DNA of 33,740 nucleotides from Klebsiella phage phiKp_30: sequence record LC768498.2; one strand, 5' to 3'. Shown piece by piece: positions 1 to 6,604 of this stretch (position 1 is its first letter; each line of letters starts with the position of its first letter). The notes under the pieces were generated by a model. It saw only the letters and a program-made list of their open reading frames with translations, ran no database searches and was not told where the DNA came from. The position numbers and the translations under genes were made by a program.

Positions 1-84
1 CCCGGGCAGCTCCTGCCCCACCCCGGGCAGCTCCTGCCCCACCCCGGGCAGCTCCTGCCCCACCCCGGGCAGCTCCTGCCCCAC
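1..84. repeat. Four tandem copies of the 21-bp unit CCCGGGCAGCTCCTGCCCCAC (candidate ori iterons), continuous with the array at the window end.
   Basis: Perfect tandem 21-mers are read directly. They lie inside the replication-initiator ORF between its HTH domain and C-terminal domain. In lambda, the ori iterons sit inside gene O at the equivalent position. Confidence 0.8.
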
Positions 85-376
85 CTGATTCTGGTTGAAT
101 TTGTTGTGCATTATCCAGAGTCAGATAAAAAACGTTTGACTGGTTAAGCTCTCCTTTTCTTCTGAATTCCCTTTTCAAAAGCCCCATCTCTTCCAGTGCC
201 CTAATGTGACTTTTTACTGTCGATCTGCTCACCTCACACTGGTCAGCGACATGTTGATATGAAGGCCAGCATTCGCCATTATCATTGGCGTTATCGGCAA
301 GTTTAATCAGAACCAGTTTTCTCAGTGGGTTGCCAACCTTTATATTCATGGCCTTAGCCATAAGATTCATGCTCAT
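1..376 (-). CDS. Replication initiator (lambda O-like), N-terminal HTH DNA-binding part. The ORF runs off the window start and continues at the window end if the molecule is circular.
   Basis: The minus-strand ATG at 376..374 overlaps the TGA of the upstream ORF (ATGA). Translation reads MSMNLMAKAMNIKVGNPLRKLVLIKLADNANDNGECWPSYQHVADQCEVSRSTVKSHIRALEEMGLL.., a typical HTH of phage replication initiators. It then reads into the 21-bp repeats as (GGAGAAR)n with no stop before position 1. Confidence 0.7.
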   Translation of the reverse strand, partial: MSMNLMAKAMNIKVGNPLRKLVLIKLADNANDNGECWPSYQHVADQCEVSRSTVKSHIRALEEMGLLKREFRRKGELNQSNVFYLTLDNAQQIQPESGGAGAARGGAGAARGGAGAARGGAGAAR

Positions 377-579
377 TTTGACTTCTCCGAAGTTTTGTAC
401 CTGTTAAGTATTTCTCTCAGTGGCACAGCTATTGCTGGATTAACCCCCTGATAAAACTGGTCACGTAGCACATCTTTTCGGTGATTAACGCGTTTATTTT
501 CCTGCGTTTTTCGCATATAATTACCTCGTTGGATGTTGTTAAAATTCCATTTGTATTTGTTCAGAACGCTCGGTTGCAC
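373..579 (-). CDS. Small hypothetical protein at the cII/c1 position (68 aa from a GTG start, or more likely 47 aa from the ATG at 516 with SD GAGGT).
   Basis: It is an ORF between the cro-like gene and the O-like gene and is translationally coupled to O (ATGA overlap). There is no recognisable HTH. The start site is ambiguous. Confidence 0.45.
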   Translation of the reverse strand: MQPSVLNKYKWNFNNIQRGNYMRKTQENKRVNHRKDVLRDQFYQGVNPAIAVPLREILNRYKTSEKSK

Positions 580-596
580 ACCGGGCGTTTTTTATT
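567..596 (+). terminator. Rho-independent terminator on the plus strand (stem CGCTCGG/CCGGGCG, loop TTGCACA, then TTTTTTATT). It would end an oop-like antisense transcript.
   Basis: A hairpin followed by a T-run is read on the plus strand inside a minus-strand operon. A possible -10 TATAAT at 506..511 would give an RNA of about 75 nt. Confidence 0.4.
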
Positions 597-655
597 GGTG
601 AGTCCAAAGGTAAATAATCACTAATACTCATCTTTCGATGAGTGATTAATTAGTT

Positions 656-690
656 ACCGCGTTGTCGGCGGTGCAGATTGATAAAGAGCG
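656..690 (-). promoter_or_regulatory. nutR: nutR-like site: boxA CGCTCTTTA (690..682), a 9-nt spacer, then a boxB hairpin ACCGC-CGACAAC-GCGGT (672..656).
   Basis: boxA matches the consensus CGCTCTTTA exactly. The boxB loop CGACAAC resembles the P22 boxB loop UGACAAA. The site lies just downstream of the cro-like gene on the transcribed strand. Confidence 0.55.
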
Positions 691-700
691 GATCCGCTTA

Positions 701-916
701 TTAAGCGGCTTTGTGTTCCGGTGGGAACACGTCATCAAGACTGACTTTTGCGCCTAACTTGTTTAGGCACGCAACAAGAGCACGGCATGTTTTAAGGTCT
801 GGGAAGCGACGACCAGATTCCCAATGTCCGATAGCTCCCTGTGTGCATCCAACTGCCTTAGCAAGTGTTGTTTGAGTGATATTCAGTGACTCTCGATATT
901 TTCGTAGGTTGCTCAT
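701..916 (-). CDS. cro: Cro-like HTH (XRE-family) transcriptional regulator, 71 aa.
   Basis: The sequence MSNLRKYRESLNITQTTLAKAVGCTQGAIGHWESGRRFPDLKTCRALVACLNKLG contains an XRE-type HTH. SD GGAGGG lies 5 nt upstream. It is the first gene of the rightward-equivalent operon, leading into nutR and the replication genes. The ORF track extends it to 1081, but the internal ATG has the SD. Confidence 0.7.
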   Translation of the reverse strand: MSNLRKYRESLNITQTTLAKAVGCTQGAIGHWESGRRFPDLKTCRALVACLNKLGAKVSLDDVFPPEHKAA

Positions 917-942
917 ATGCCCTCCATAGTAACCATGAAACA

Positions 943-971
943 ATAATACGACATGTACTTTTAGAATGCAA
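943..971 (-). promoter_or_regulatory. PR-like promoter: -35 TTGCAT, a 17-bp spacer, -10 TATTAT. The spacer and -10 carry an operator-like motif AAAGTACATGTCGTATTAT.
   Basis: Sigma70-like hexamers with 17-bp spacing sit upstream of the cro-like gene. A near-identical 19-mer is also present in the PL-like promoter. Confidence 0.5.
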
Positions 972-1091
972 GCAAAAAATACATCTTTTGCATGGATGGT
1001 TTTAGTACAGAGCGCAATAATAAGGGTATGAAAATGTATGAACTGGCTAGATCCAGAATGAAAGAGCTCGGCATAACTCAAGAGAAGTCAC

Positions 1092-1138
1092 CAAGATACG
1101 CCGTAAACCCTCGCCCAGTGCGGGCGGGGAGCAGTCAC
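1092..1138 (+). repeat. Copy 1 of a triplicated roughly 47-nt GC-rich hairpin element (CAAGATACGCCGTAAACCCTCGCCC-loop-GGGCGGGGAGCAGTCAC), lying between the divergent PR and PL promoters.
   Basis: The repeat is read directly. The loop is AGTGC here and GACA in the other copies, while the stem is preserved. Confidence 0.85.
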
Positions 1139-1149
1139 AACATTTTGTG

Positions 1150-1178
1150 TTGACTCGATAAAGTACATATCGTACTAT
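1150..1178 (+). promoter_or_regulatory. PL-like promoter: -35 TTGACT, a 17-bp spacer, -10 TACTAT. The spacer carries the palindrome AGTACATATCGTACT.
   Basis: Consensus-like hexamers lie upstream of nutL and N. It shares AAAGTACATRTCGTAYTAT with PR. Confidence 0.55.
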
Positions 1179-1224
1179 TTAGCCATCAGCAGGAAGCTGG
1201 AAGCCAAACGGAAAAGATTGGCAG

Positions 1225-1258
1225 GCTCTTTAACTTCGATGGGGCGCTGACAAAGCGC
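1225..1258 (+). promoter_or_regulatory. nutL: nutL: boxA GCTCTTTAAC (1225..1234) and boxB GCGCTGACAAAGCGC (1244..1258).
   Basis: As I recall it, boxB is identical to the P22 nut boxB GCGCUGACAAAGCGC and boxA matches the P22/rrn boxA UGCUCUUUAACA. The site lies between PL and the N gene. Confidence 0.7.
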
Positions 1259-1377
1259 AAACAGATACCAAACGAGATGGGTTTGGCGGTGATGTGAATT
1301 GCAGCTGCAACGACAGCAACCAGAAGATCAGCATCTGGCGCATCACCACCAAAGCCATTTCACATGAGGAAAACATC

Positions 1378-1686
1378 ATGACGGTAATCGTGTACGGAAA
1401 ATCAACATTTGCAGGAAATGCCAAAACTCGCCGTCATGAGCGGCGCAGAAAGCTGGCCATCGAGCGTGATTCCATCTGCAACATCATCGATTCGATCTTC
1501 GGCACAGACAGTGAGGAAGCTGTTCAGGAAGAACCGAGAAAGCGTTTAAGTCTTTCTGAAAAAGCAATATCACTCGGCATCATCAGTAAATCAAATACAG
1601 ATGCGAATGGCGGAAGCGTTTGTTTGCCTGAAGTTGCACTGTATGCTGCTGGTTACAGGTCAATGAAATCAATTACGGCGAGATAG
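1378..1686 (+). CDS. N: Antitermination protein N, P22 gene 24 type.
   Basis: The sequence MTVIVYGKSTFAGNAKTRRHERRRKLAIERDSI.. carries the P22 N arginine-rich motif GNAKTRRHERRRKLAIER. SD GAGGA is present. The gene is preceded by nutL and PL. Confidence 0.8.
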   Translation: MTVIVYGKSTFAGNAKTRRHERRRKLAIERDSICNIIDSIFGTDSEEAVQEEPRKRLSLSEKAISLGIISKSNTDANGGSVCLPEVALYAAGYRSMKSITAR

Positions 1687-1688
1687 AA

Positions 1689-1982
1689 ATGACTAGCAAA
1701 CAAGTATCATATAAATGCTATTGCCCTTTATGTGGAAGAAAATTCAGCGCCAAGGCAGCATGGAAGCATATCAATGATTATCATCCAAAAGCATCAGAAC
1801 GTGAGTTGATGATGATAAGAGATGTAAAACGAGAAAAAATTTCTTTCGCAACAAAGCCACTAAACGCCAACAAAAACGCAATATTGTATCAAATGCATCG
1901 TTCAAGTGGTCCAGATTATTCTGGAGGGCTTCCATCTGATTACTTACTTGATACCTGCAACATTTACAACAAGGCTGCCTGA
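1689..1982 (+). CDS. Small protein with C2H2-like zinc-finger spacing (CPLCGRKFSAKAAWKHINDYH), at the ral position.
   Basis: The ORF lies immediately after N and shows C-x2-C-x12-H-x4-H spacing. Function is unknown. Confidence 0.45.
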   Translation: MTSKQVSYKCYCPLCGRKFSAKAAWKHINDYHPKASERELMMIRDVKREKISFATKPLNANKNAILYQMHRSSGPDYSGGLPSDYLLDTCNIYNKAA

Positions 1983-2116
1983 TGGTGGCCTTTATTTTTG
2001 GCATAAACAACAGAATAAACACTGCACTGTGTATTCATTCCAACGAGTGAATACACGGAGCAATGTCGCTCGTAACTAAACAGGAGCCGACTTGTTCTGA
2101 TTATTGGAAATCTTCT

Positions 2117-2142
2117 TTGCCCTCCAATGTGAGGGCTTTTTT
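2117..2142 (+). terminator. Rho-independent terminator (GCCCTC-CAATGT-GAGGGC, then TTTTTTAT) downstream of N and orf97, equivalent to tL1.
   Basis: A 6-bp GC stem with a T6 run is read directly. A weaker hairpin with a T-run also lies at about 1969..2000. Confidence 0.6.
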
Positions 2143-2209
2143 ATATGCATACCAATAACGCTTCACTTGAGGCGTTTTCGTTATGCAATCAAACAGAAGG
2201 AGCATCCTA

Positions 2210-2379
2210 TGCAACAGTTAGCTATTGCAGGGGCGGCATCGGTTCGCCCTTTCAACCCGATTTTATCGGTGCAGCATTCACGAAAAAATATTTTAACCGG
2301 AGCAGACTTTAAACAACCAAGAATGAAAAGTTTTCTCGAAAAGCTTTGGGATATTTTGAAACAACAAGGCCGTCCATGA
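2210..2379 (+). CDS. Hypothetical small protein (56 aa).
   Basis: An ATG with SD AAGGAG lies inside ORF 2104..2379. There is no recognisable domain. Confidence 0.35.
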
Positions 2380-2439
2380 GTTTTACAGAAGAATTCATTC
2401 GTCAGATGAAAGAATTAATCGGTAACGAAGGAGATATTC

Positions 2440-2610
2440 ATGTCACTTGCAACCACAGTGAAGGAGAGCGAGTTACGGAGACGCATGTACACGCAGAAAG
2501 CTCTCTGGTATCGCCATAATGGCGACCGCGAAGGAATGCGGGTATGCCTTAATTTGTCCCGACTCGAAGTATTAAATCAGCGTTATTTCCTTGGGCCTTG
2601 TCCATTCTGA
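2440..2610 (+). CDS. Hypothetical small protein (56 aa; MSLATTVKESELRRRMYTQKALWYRHNGDREGMRVC..).
   Basis: SD AAGGAG lies 8 nt upstream, and the gene ends 9 nt before the Rad52-like gene. It is below the ORF-track size cutoff. An alternative overlapping ORF at 2376..2522 in another frame is less convincing. Confidence 0.35.
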   Translation: MSLATTVKESELRRRMYTQKALWYRHNGDREGMRVCLNLSRLEVLNQRYFLGPCPF

Positions 2611-2618
2611 GGTGAATT

Positions 2619-3326
2619 ATGGATTTGAACAAATTCGATGAGCCATTCAGCCCTGAAGATATCGAATGGCGAATACAGCAAAGCGGTAAAACACGCGATG
2701 GCAAGGTGTGGGCTATGGTGCTGGCTTATGTCACGAACCGGGCAATCATGAAACGCCTGGACGATGTTTGCGGCAAAGCAGGATGGCGCAATGAATACCG
2801 CGATATTCCCAACAACGGCGGCGTTGAATGCGGCATATCAATAAAGATTGATTCCGAATGGGTAACCAAATGGGATGCTGCTGAAAACACGCAGGTAGAA
2901 GCCGTCAAAGGTGGTCGTTCCGGTGCAATGAAGCGCGCTGCCGTTCAGTGGGGAATCGGTAGGTATCTGTATAACCTTGAGGAGGGTTTCGCACAAACAT
3001 CTCTCGATAAAAAGCAGGGATGGCACAGGGCAAAACTCAAGGATGGAACAGGATTTTACTGGCTCCCTCCATCACTTCCGGGATGGGCAATCCCAGCATC
3101 AGGTATCAAACCATCACCAGAAAATACCAACCAGAAATCTCCATCGGTTGACTGCGAACAAATCCTGAAAGACTTCAGCGATTATGCGTCAACAGAAACT
3201 GACAAGAAAAAACTCATCGAGCGTTATCAGCGTGACTGGCAATTAATGGCTGGCAACGAGGAGGCGCAGGCTAAATGCGTTCAGGTAATGAACATCAGAG
3301 TTAACGAACTAAAACAGGCGGCATAA
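2619..3326 (+). CDS. Rad52-family single-strand annealing protein (Sak/Rad52-like recombinase).
   Basis: It carries the motif AVKGGRSGAMKRAAVQWGIGRYLY (Rad52/22-like GIGRYLY). It is followed directly by ssb and an exonuclease, the recombination module of the early-left operon. Confidence 0.65.
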   Translation: MDLNKFDEPFSPEDIEWRIQQSGKTRDGKVWAMVLAYVTNRAIMKRLDDVCGKAGWRNEYRDIPNNGGVECGISIKIDSEWVTKWDAAENTQVEAVKGGRSGAMKRAAVQWGIGRYLYNLEEGFAQTSLDKKQGWHRAKLKDGTGFYWLPPSLPGWAIPASGIKPSPENTNQKSPSVDCEQILKDFSDYASTETDKKKLIERYQRDWQLMAGNEEAQAKCVQVMNIRVNELKQAA

Positions 3327-3797
3327 ATGGGACGTGGAGTTAATCGCGTAATCATTATCGGTAGATTAGGCCAAGATCCTGAGGTGCGCTATTCACCATC
3401 AGGAACGGCATTTGCAAACCTTACAGTTGCTACGTCAGAACAATGGCGTGATAAGAAAACTGGAGAGCAAAAGGAGCAGACGGAGTGGCACCGCGTGGTA
3501 ATGAGCGGGAAACTGGCAGAAATTGCCAGCGAATATCTGCGAAAAGGCTCTGAGGTTTATCTTGAAGGAAAATTGAGGACAAGAAAATGGCAGGATCAAA
3601 GCGGACAGGATCGGTTCACTACCGAAGTTATCGTGGGCGTTGGTGGAACCATGCAAATGCTTGGTGGCAAGCAAGGAAGCAATGAACAGTCTTCACCTCA
3701 GCGAAATAACGGCCAGCAACAAAGACAGCAATCTCAGCATCATGGGAATCACAGCGAACCACCTATGAACTTCGACGATTCGGATATTCCGTTCTAG
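3327..3797 (+). CDS. ssb: Single-stranded DNA-binding protein (SSB).
   Basis: There is an OB-fold N-terminus ([22 protein letters not shown]..), a Gln/Gly-rich linker, and an acidic tail ending in the DDSDIPF SSB-tail motif. Confidence 0.85.
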   Translation: MGRGVNRVIIIGRLGQDPEVRYSPSGTAFANLTVATSEQWRDKKTGEQKEQTEWHRVVMSGKLAEIASEYLRKGSEVYLEGKLRTRKWQDQSGQDRFTTEVIVGVGGTMQMLGGKQGSNEQSSPQRNNGQQQRQQSQHHGNHSEPPMNFDDSDIPF

Positions 3798-4001
3798 GAG
3801 CTGAATATGAAAATCTGCTCAAGATGCCATGCAGGAACCAGAGGCTGAGCAATCAGCCGTCACCCACTAATGGGAATCCCCCTCCTGAGTCACGAAGTGC
3901 GAAGGTGGGGGAGGATGTCAAAACAAACCTATCTACCCAGACGAGGAACCAGTAACTCTCCCCTTCCCTCGTCACGCTGCATATGCAATTTAAGGATTAG
4001 C

Positions 4002-4550
4002 ATGAACCACTTAATGATTGACCTAGAAACGATGGGTAATGGGCCGTACGCGCCGATCGTCTCCATTGGCGCTGTATTTTTCGACCCGAGCACAGGCGCA
4101 ACAGGCGAAGACTTCCAGGTGAATGTATCGCTTGAATCATCAATGCGGTTCCGAGCACGGCCTGACGCCTCAACGGTCCTATGGTGGATGGAGCAAGGCG
4201 AGGATGCACGTAAGGCATTAACTACTGACACGCAGGAGCTTTCCACCGCCCTTGGCCGGCTGTCTGATTTCATCTCCAAGAACACCAATCCGCGATTCGT
4301 TCAGGTATGGGGTAACGGCGCATCGTTCGACTGCGTCATTCTCCGAAACAGCTACTCACTGACCGGACGGGAAGCACCATGGCAATGGTGGAACGACCGT
4401 GATGTGCGCACCGTCGTCGAGATGGGTAAAGCGATCGGGTTTGACCCCAAACGAGATATGCCATTTGAAGGCACTCGCCACAACGCATTAGCCGACGCAA
4501 TTCACCAGTCTAAATACGTCTCTGCAATCTGGCAGAAGCTAATCAAATAA
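4002..4550 (+). CDS. DEDD-family 3'-5' exonuclease (phage Exo-like).
   Basis: It begins MIDLETMG.. with the DxE exo I motif and ends with an H-x4-D-containing exo III (HNALADA). SD AAGGA sits at 3992. The ORF-track start at 3870 is probably too far upstream. Confidence 0.6.
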   Translation: MNHLMIDLETMGNGPYAPIVSIGAVFFDPSTGATGEDFQVNVSLESSMRFRARPDASTVLWWMEQGEDARKALTTDTQELSTALGRLSDFISKNTNPRFVQVWGNGASFDCVILRNSYSLTGREAPWQWWNDRDVRTVVEMGKAIGFDPKRDMPFEGTRHNALADAIHQSKYVSAIWQKLIK

Positions 4551-4569
4551 CCACACCGGAGTAACAAAA

Positions 4570-4854
4570 ATGTCATCACCTCTTCATGGGGCGGATTACT
4601 TACGCCCACCAAAAGCATCAGGAAGCCGCGAAGAGGTTTTGGCGCGGTGCTTTGAGGCTATCGTAAATAACGATTACCAGACGCCAAGCATGGATGAAAG
4701 GCTAGATCGTATTTATGAAAAAACAGTTTGGGAGATGAACCTGCAGGCGAGCATGCGTCCAGGATTCGTGCCTGTTGGCCCAATGAAGCACTCGCGAGAC
4801 GACGACCGCTTTAAAGAATACAGATTCCGCCTTGGTGCCGTCAGCAACAACTAA
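4570..4854 (+). CDS. Hypothetical protein (94 aa).
   Basis: An ORF in the early-left operon with no recognisable motif. Confidence 0.4.
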   Translation: MSSPLHGADYLRPPKASGSREEVLARCFEAIVNNDYQTPSMDERLDRIYEKTVWEMNLQASMRPGFVPVGPMKHSRDDDRFKEYRFRLGAVSNN

Positions 4855-4899
4855 CCAGACGAAAAAATCACCCCCCCTATTCTCTACCGGAGAAACATC

Positions 4900-5067
4900 A
4901 TGATCGGAAGAAACTACGACCCAACCATATTCCCCGATGATTTATCAGTACGTTGCAGACAAAGAGCAATGCCGCCAAGAGATGAGTTGATGAAGCGTAA
5001 TAGCTTCCAGTCGGTTAACGAGAATAAGTTTCTGGATGCCTTGCTGAAGAAGATGAGGGTGATGTGA
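4900..5067 (+). CDS. Hypothetical small protein (55 aa).
   Basis: ATG with SD GGAG lies 8 nt upstream. It is below the ORF-track cutoff. Confidence 0.3.
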   Translation: MIGRNYDPTIFPDDLSVRCRQRAMPPRDELMKRNSFQSVNENKFLDALLKKMRVM

Positions 5068-5113
5068 TGGATTACAGCAAGCTATCAGATTTTGAAATTA
5101 ACAGGAGAGTATT

Positions 5114-5162
5114 TAGCAAGATACGCCGTAAACCCTCGCCCGACAGGGCGGGGAGCAGTCAC
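5114..5162 (+). repeat. Copy 2 of the hairpin element (TAGCAAGATACGCCGTAAACCCTCGCCCGACAGGGCGGGGAGCAGTCAC), upstream of the ant-like gene where P22 has arc.
   Basis: It is 49/49 identical to copy 3. Confidence 0.85.
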
Positions 5163-5199
5163 CGGCGAGGAATGGATTCATTGATTGGTGCGCCGGACT

Positions 5200-5234
5200 G
5201 CGCAAAAAGAAAACCGCCAGTGTGCTGCTGGCGG
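5200..5234 (-). terminator. Minus-strand rho-independent terminator (CCGCCAG/CTGGCGG stem, then TTTTCTTTTT) just upstream of the ant-like RBS. It is the candidate 3' end of a sar-like antisense RNA.
   Basis: A 7-bp stem plus T-run is read on the minus strand. A possible minus-strand promoter (GTGACA, 17 nt, TACATT) lies at about 5310..5282 and would give an RNA of about 80 nt covering the ant RBS. Confidence 0.4.
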
Positions 5235-5272
5235 CCTATGTCACACCCTTACTACCACATAAGGAATGCCTA

Positions 5273-6001
5273 ATGACTTTTAAGAATGTAGCAAACATCG
5301 GATCCGTTGTCACGGATAAAACCATTGATAGCCAGTACCTGTTAGAGATGGTCAATCATGCTCGTAGACAGTGCGGGGAAAAAGAAGTCCGAAATAACGA
5401 CTTTATTGCACGCATTAAGGATGAACTTGAAGGTGAGCACTACGAAATTTTCGTAGTTCAAAAATCAAACAAGACAACTTCTGAAAAAGTTGTTATGTCA
5501 ATTAAGCAAGCCCTTCGAGTGGCTGCTCGTGAATCTAAAGCTGTTCGCCGCTCACTTGTAGACCAACTTGAAAGTATGCAAGAAGCGCACATTAAAAGCG
5601 GTAAATCGTCGAGTGGACTTGTTGAGTATCGCCAGGCGCGAACATTGAAAATGACGGTTGAAGCTGTTACCAATCTGTTCGATCTGATGCCAAATCTTGC
5701 GCCGGAAGCAAAGCAGACTGCGGCAGCAAGCATAATCAACCCGATCGTTGGTTTTAATGCAATACCTCTTCCAGCAATAGAAGAGCATTACTACTCAGCA
5801 GGGGAGGTTGCAGAGCAGCTTGGAGTAACGGCCAACAAGATTGGTCGCATTGCTAACGCAAACAACCTCAAAACTGAGCAGTACGGTAAGTTCTTCCTGG
5901 ATAAATCGGCGCATTCCAGCAAACAGGTAGAGGCGTTCCGTTACAATTCTGAAGGCGTTAAAGCACTACAACACCTGCTACATGGCTCAAATGTGGCGTA
6001 A
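5273..6001 (+). CDS. Putative antirepressor-like protein (ant position, convergent with the mnt homolog).
   Basis: Start MTFKNVANIG.. with SD AAGGAA. Assignment as Ant rests on genomic context (mnt-like gene adjacent, sar-like arrangement). The family call is uncertain. Confidence 0.45.
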   Translation: MTFKNVANIGSVVTDKTIDSQYLLEMVNHARRQCGEKEVRNNDFIARIKDELEGEHYEIFVVQKSNKTTSEKVVMSIKQALRVAARESKAVRRSLVDQLESMQEAHIKSGKSSSGLVEYRQARTLKMTVEAVTNLFDLMPNLAPEAKQTAAASIINPIVGFNAIPLPAIEEHYYSAGEVAEQLGVTANKIGRIANANNLKTEQYGKFFLDKSAHSSKQVEAFRYNSEGVKALQHLLHGSNVA

Positions 6002-6020
6002 CATTTTATAATGAAAACTA

Positions 6021-6048
6021 AACCCGCTTAATCGCGGGTTTTTTCTTT
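6021..6048 (+). terminator. Rho-independent terminator after the ant-like gene (CCCGC-TTAAT-GCGGG, then TTTTTTCTTT). The hairpin overlaps the mnt-like stop codon.
   Basis: The hairpin and T-run are read directly. Confidence 0.65.
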
Positions 6049-6270
6049 CCTTAGAATTTCAGCCGCAACTTCTTTTACTCGTTCCGAGATTAATGAGGCC
6101 AGTCTCTCTTCTTCATCACGATACCCGCTTACAGGTGATGGTTTGGAGAGTGATTCTTCCATCGTAGCCACAATTTCGGAATTGATAGACCTGTTATTCA
6201 TTTTTGCACGCTGCTTAATCTTAGCAAGATACGCCGTAAACCCTCGCCCGACAGGGCGGGGAGCAGTCAC
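6028..6270 (-). CDS. mnt: Mnt-like ribbon-helix-helix repressor homolog (N-terminal region replaced or encoded by hairpin element copy 3).
   Basis: Compared with my recollection of P22 Mnt (RSMNSELLQIVQDALSKPSPVTGYRNDAERLA), the sequence ..KIKQRAKMNNRSINSEIVATMEESLSKPSPVSGYRDEEERLASL.. is very similar. The expected N-terminal beta-strand region is instead TAPRPVGRGFTAY, encoded by the repeat element. The GTG start at 6270 has no SD, while the ATG at 6201 would lack the beta-strand. Confidence 0.55.
   Translation of the reverse strand: MTAPRPVGRGFTAYLAKIKQRAKMNNRSINSEIVATMEESLSKPSPVSGYRDEEERLASLISERVKEVAAEILRKEKTRD
6222..6270 (+). repeat. Copy 3 of the hairpin element, overlapping the 5' end of the mnt-like ORF.
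   Basis: It is identical to copy 2 over 49 nt. Confidence 0.85.
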
Positions 6271-6394
6271 GATTTATAGAAATGGAGGCTCTGAACGCCT
6301 CCGCGATAGTGTTACGCCTGATCATTCCTGCAATCTCAAAATACTGTTTTTATATACAGTAGTTTTATTGAAAGAGAATATCAATAGCTCTTAC

Positions 6395-6604
6395 TCATTT
6401 AATCAATACAACTGAACTATGAAATCCTGCCAAGCCGACTTCATTTCCATCCCGTAGTCCTTTTAACGTGTAGTTTTCACCATCATCTGTTTTTGTCAGA
6501 GTTGGTGCAGAGGTAACGGTAATCTCCATTCCCGGAACGGGGACGATAACGTCCCCTGCCTCCAGTTCAATAAACTTTTTAGTAGTCATATCAACCTCAC
6601 TCAT
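6395..6604 (-). CDS. Hypothetical 69-aa protein translationally coupled to the tailspike gene (TAATG overlap).
   Basis: An ORF immediately downstream of the tailspike with no recognisable motif. Confidence 0.4.
   Translation of the reverse strand: MSEVDMTTKKFIELEAGDVIVPVPGMEITVTSAPTLTKTDDGENYTLKGLRDGNEVGLAGFHSSVVLIK

Noticed and set aside
1..84. 21-bp direct repeats considered as a possible CRISPR array.
   Set aside because: The units are contiguous with no spacers. They lie inside a coding region next to an AT-rich segment, which fits origin iterons and not CRISPR repeats.
917..1377. Search for a cI/c2-type repressor ORF between PR and PL.
   Set aside because: Only short spurious ORFs are present (e.g. 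1230..1424 on the minus strand, which overlaps nutL/PL). None has HTH or S24 peptidase features.
2376..2522. 48-aa ORF (MSFTEEFIRQMKELIGNEGDIHV..) overlapping ORF 2440..2610 in another frame.
   Set aside because: It has a weaker SD than the overlapping 2440 ORF, and the two cannot both be real over the shared segment. It is kept only as an alternative.
5064..5273. 69-aa plus-strand ORF spanning hairpin element copy 2.
   Set aside because: Its reading frame is largely supplied by the GC-rich repeat element (KIRRKPSPDRAGSSH), it lacks a convincing SD, and it overlaps the predicted ant leader/terminator. It is probably spurious.
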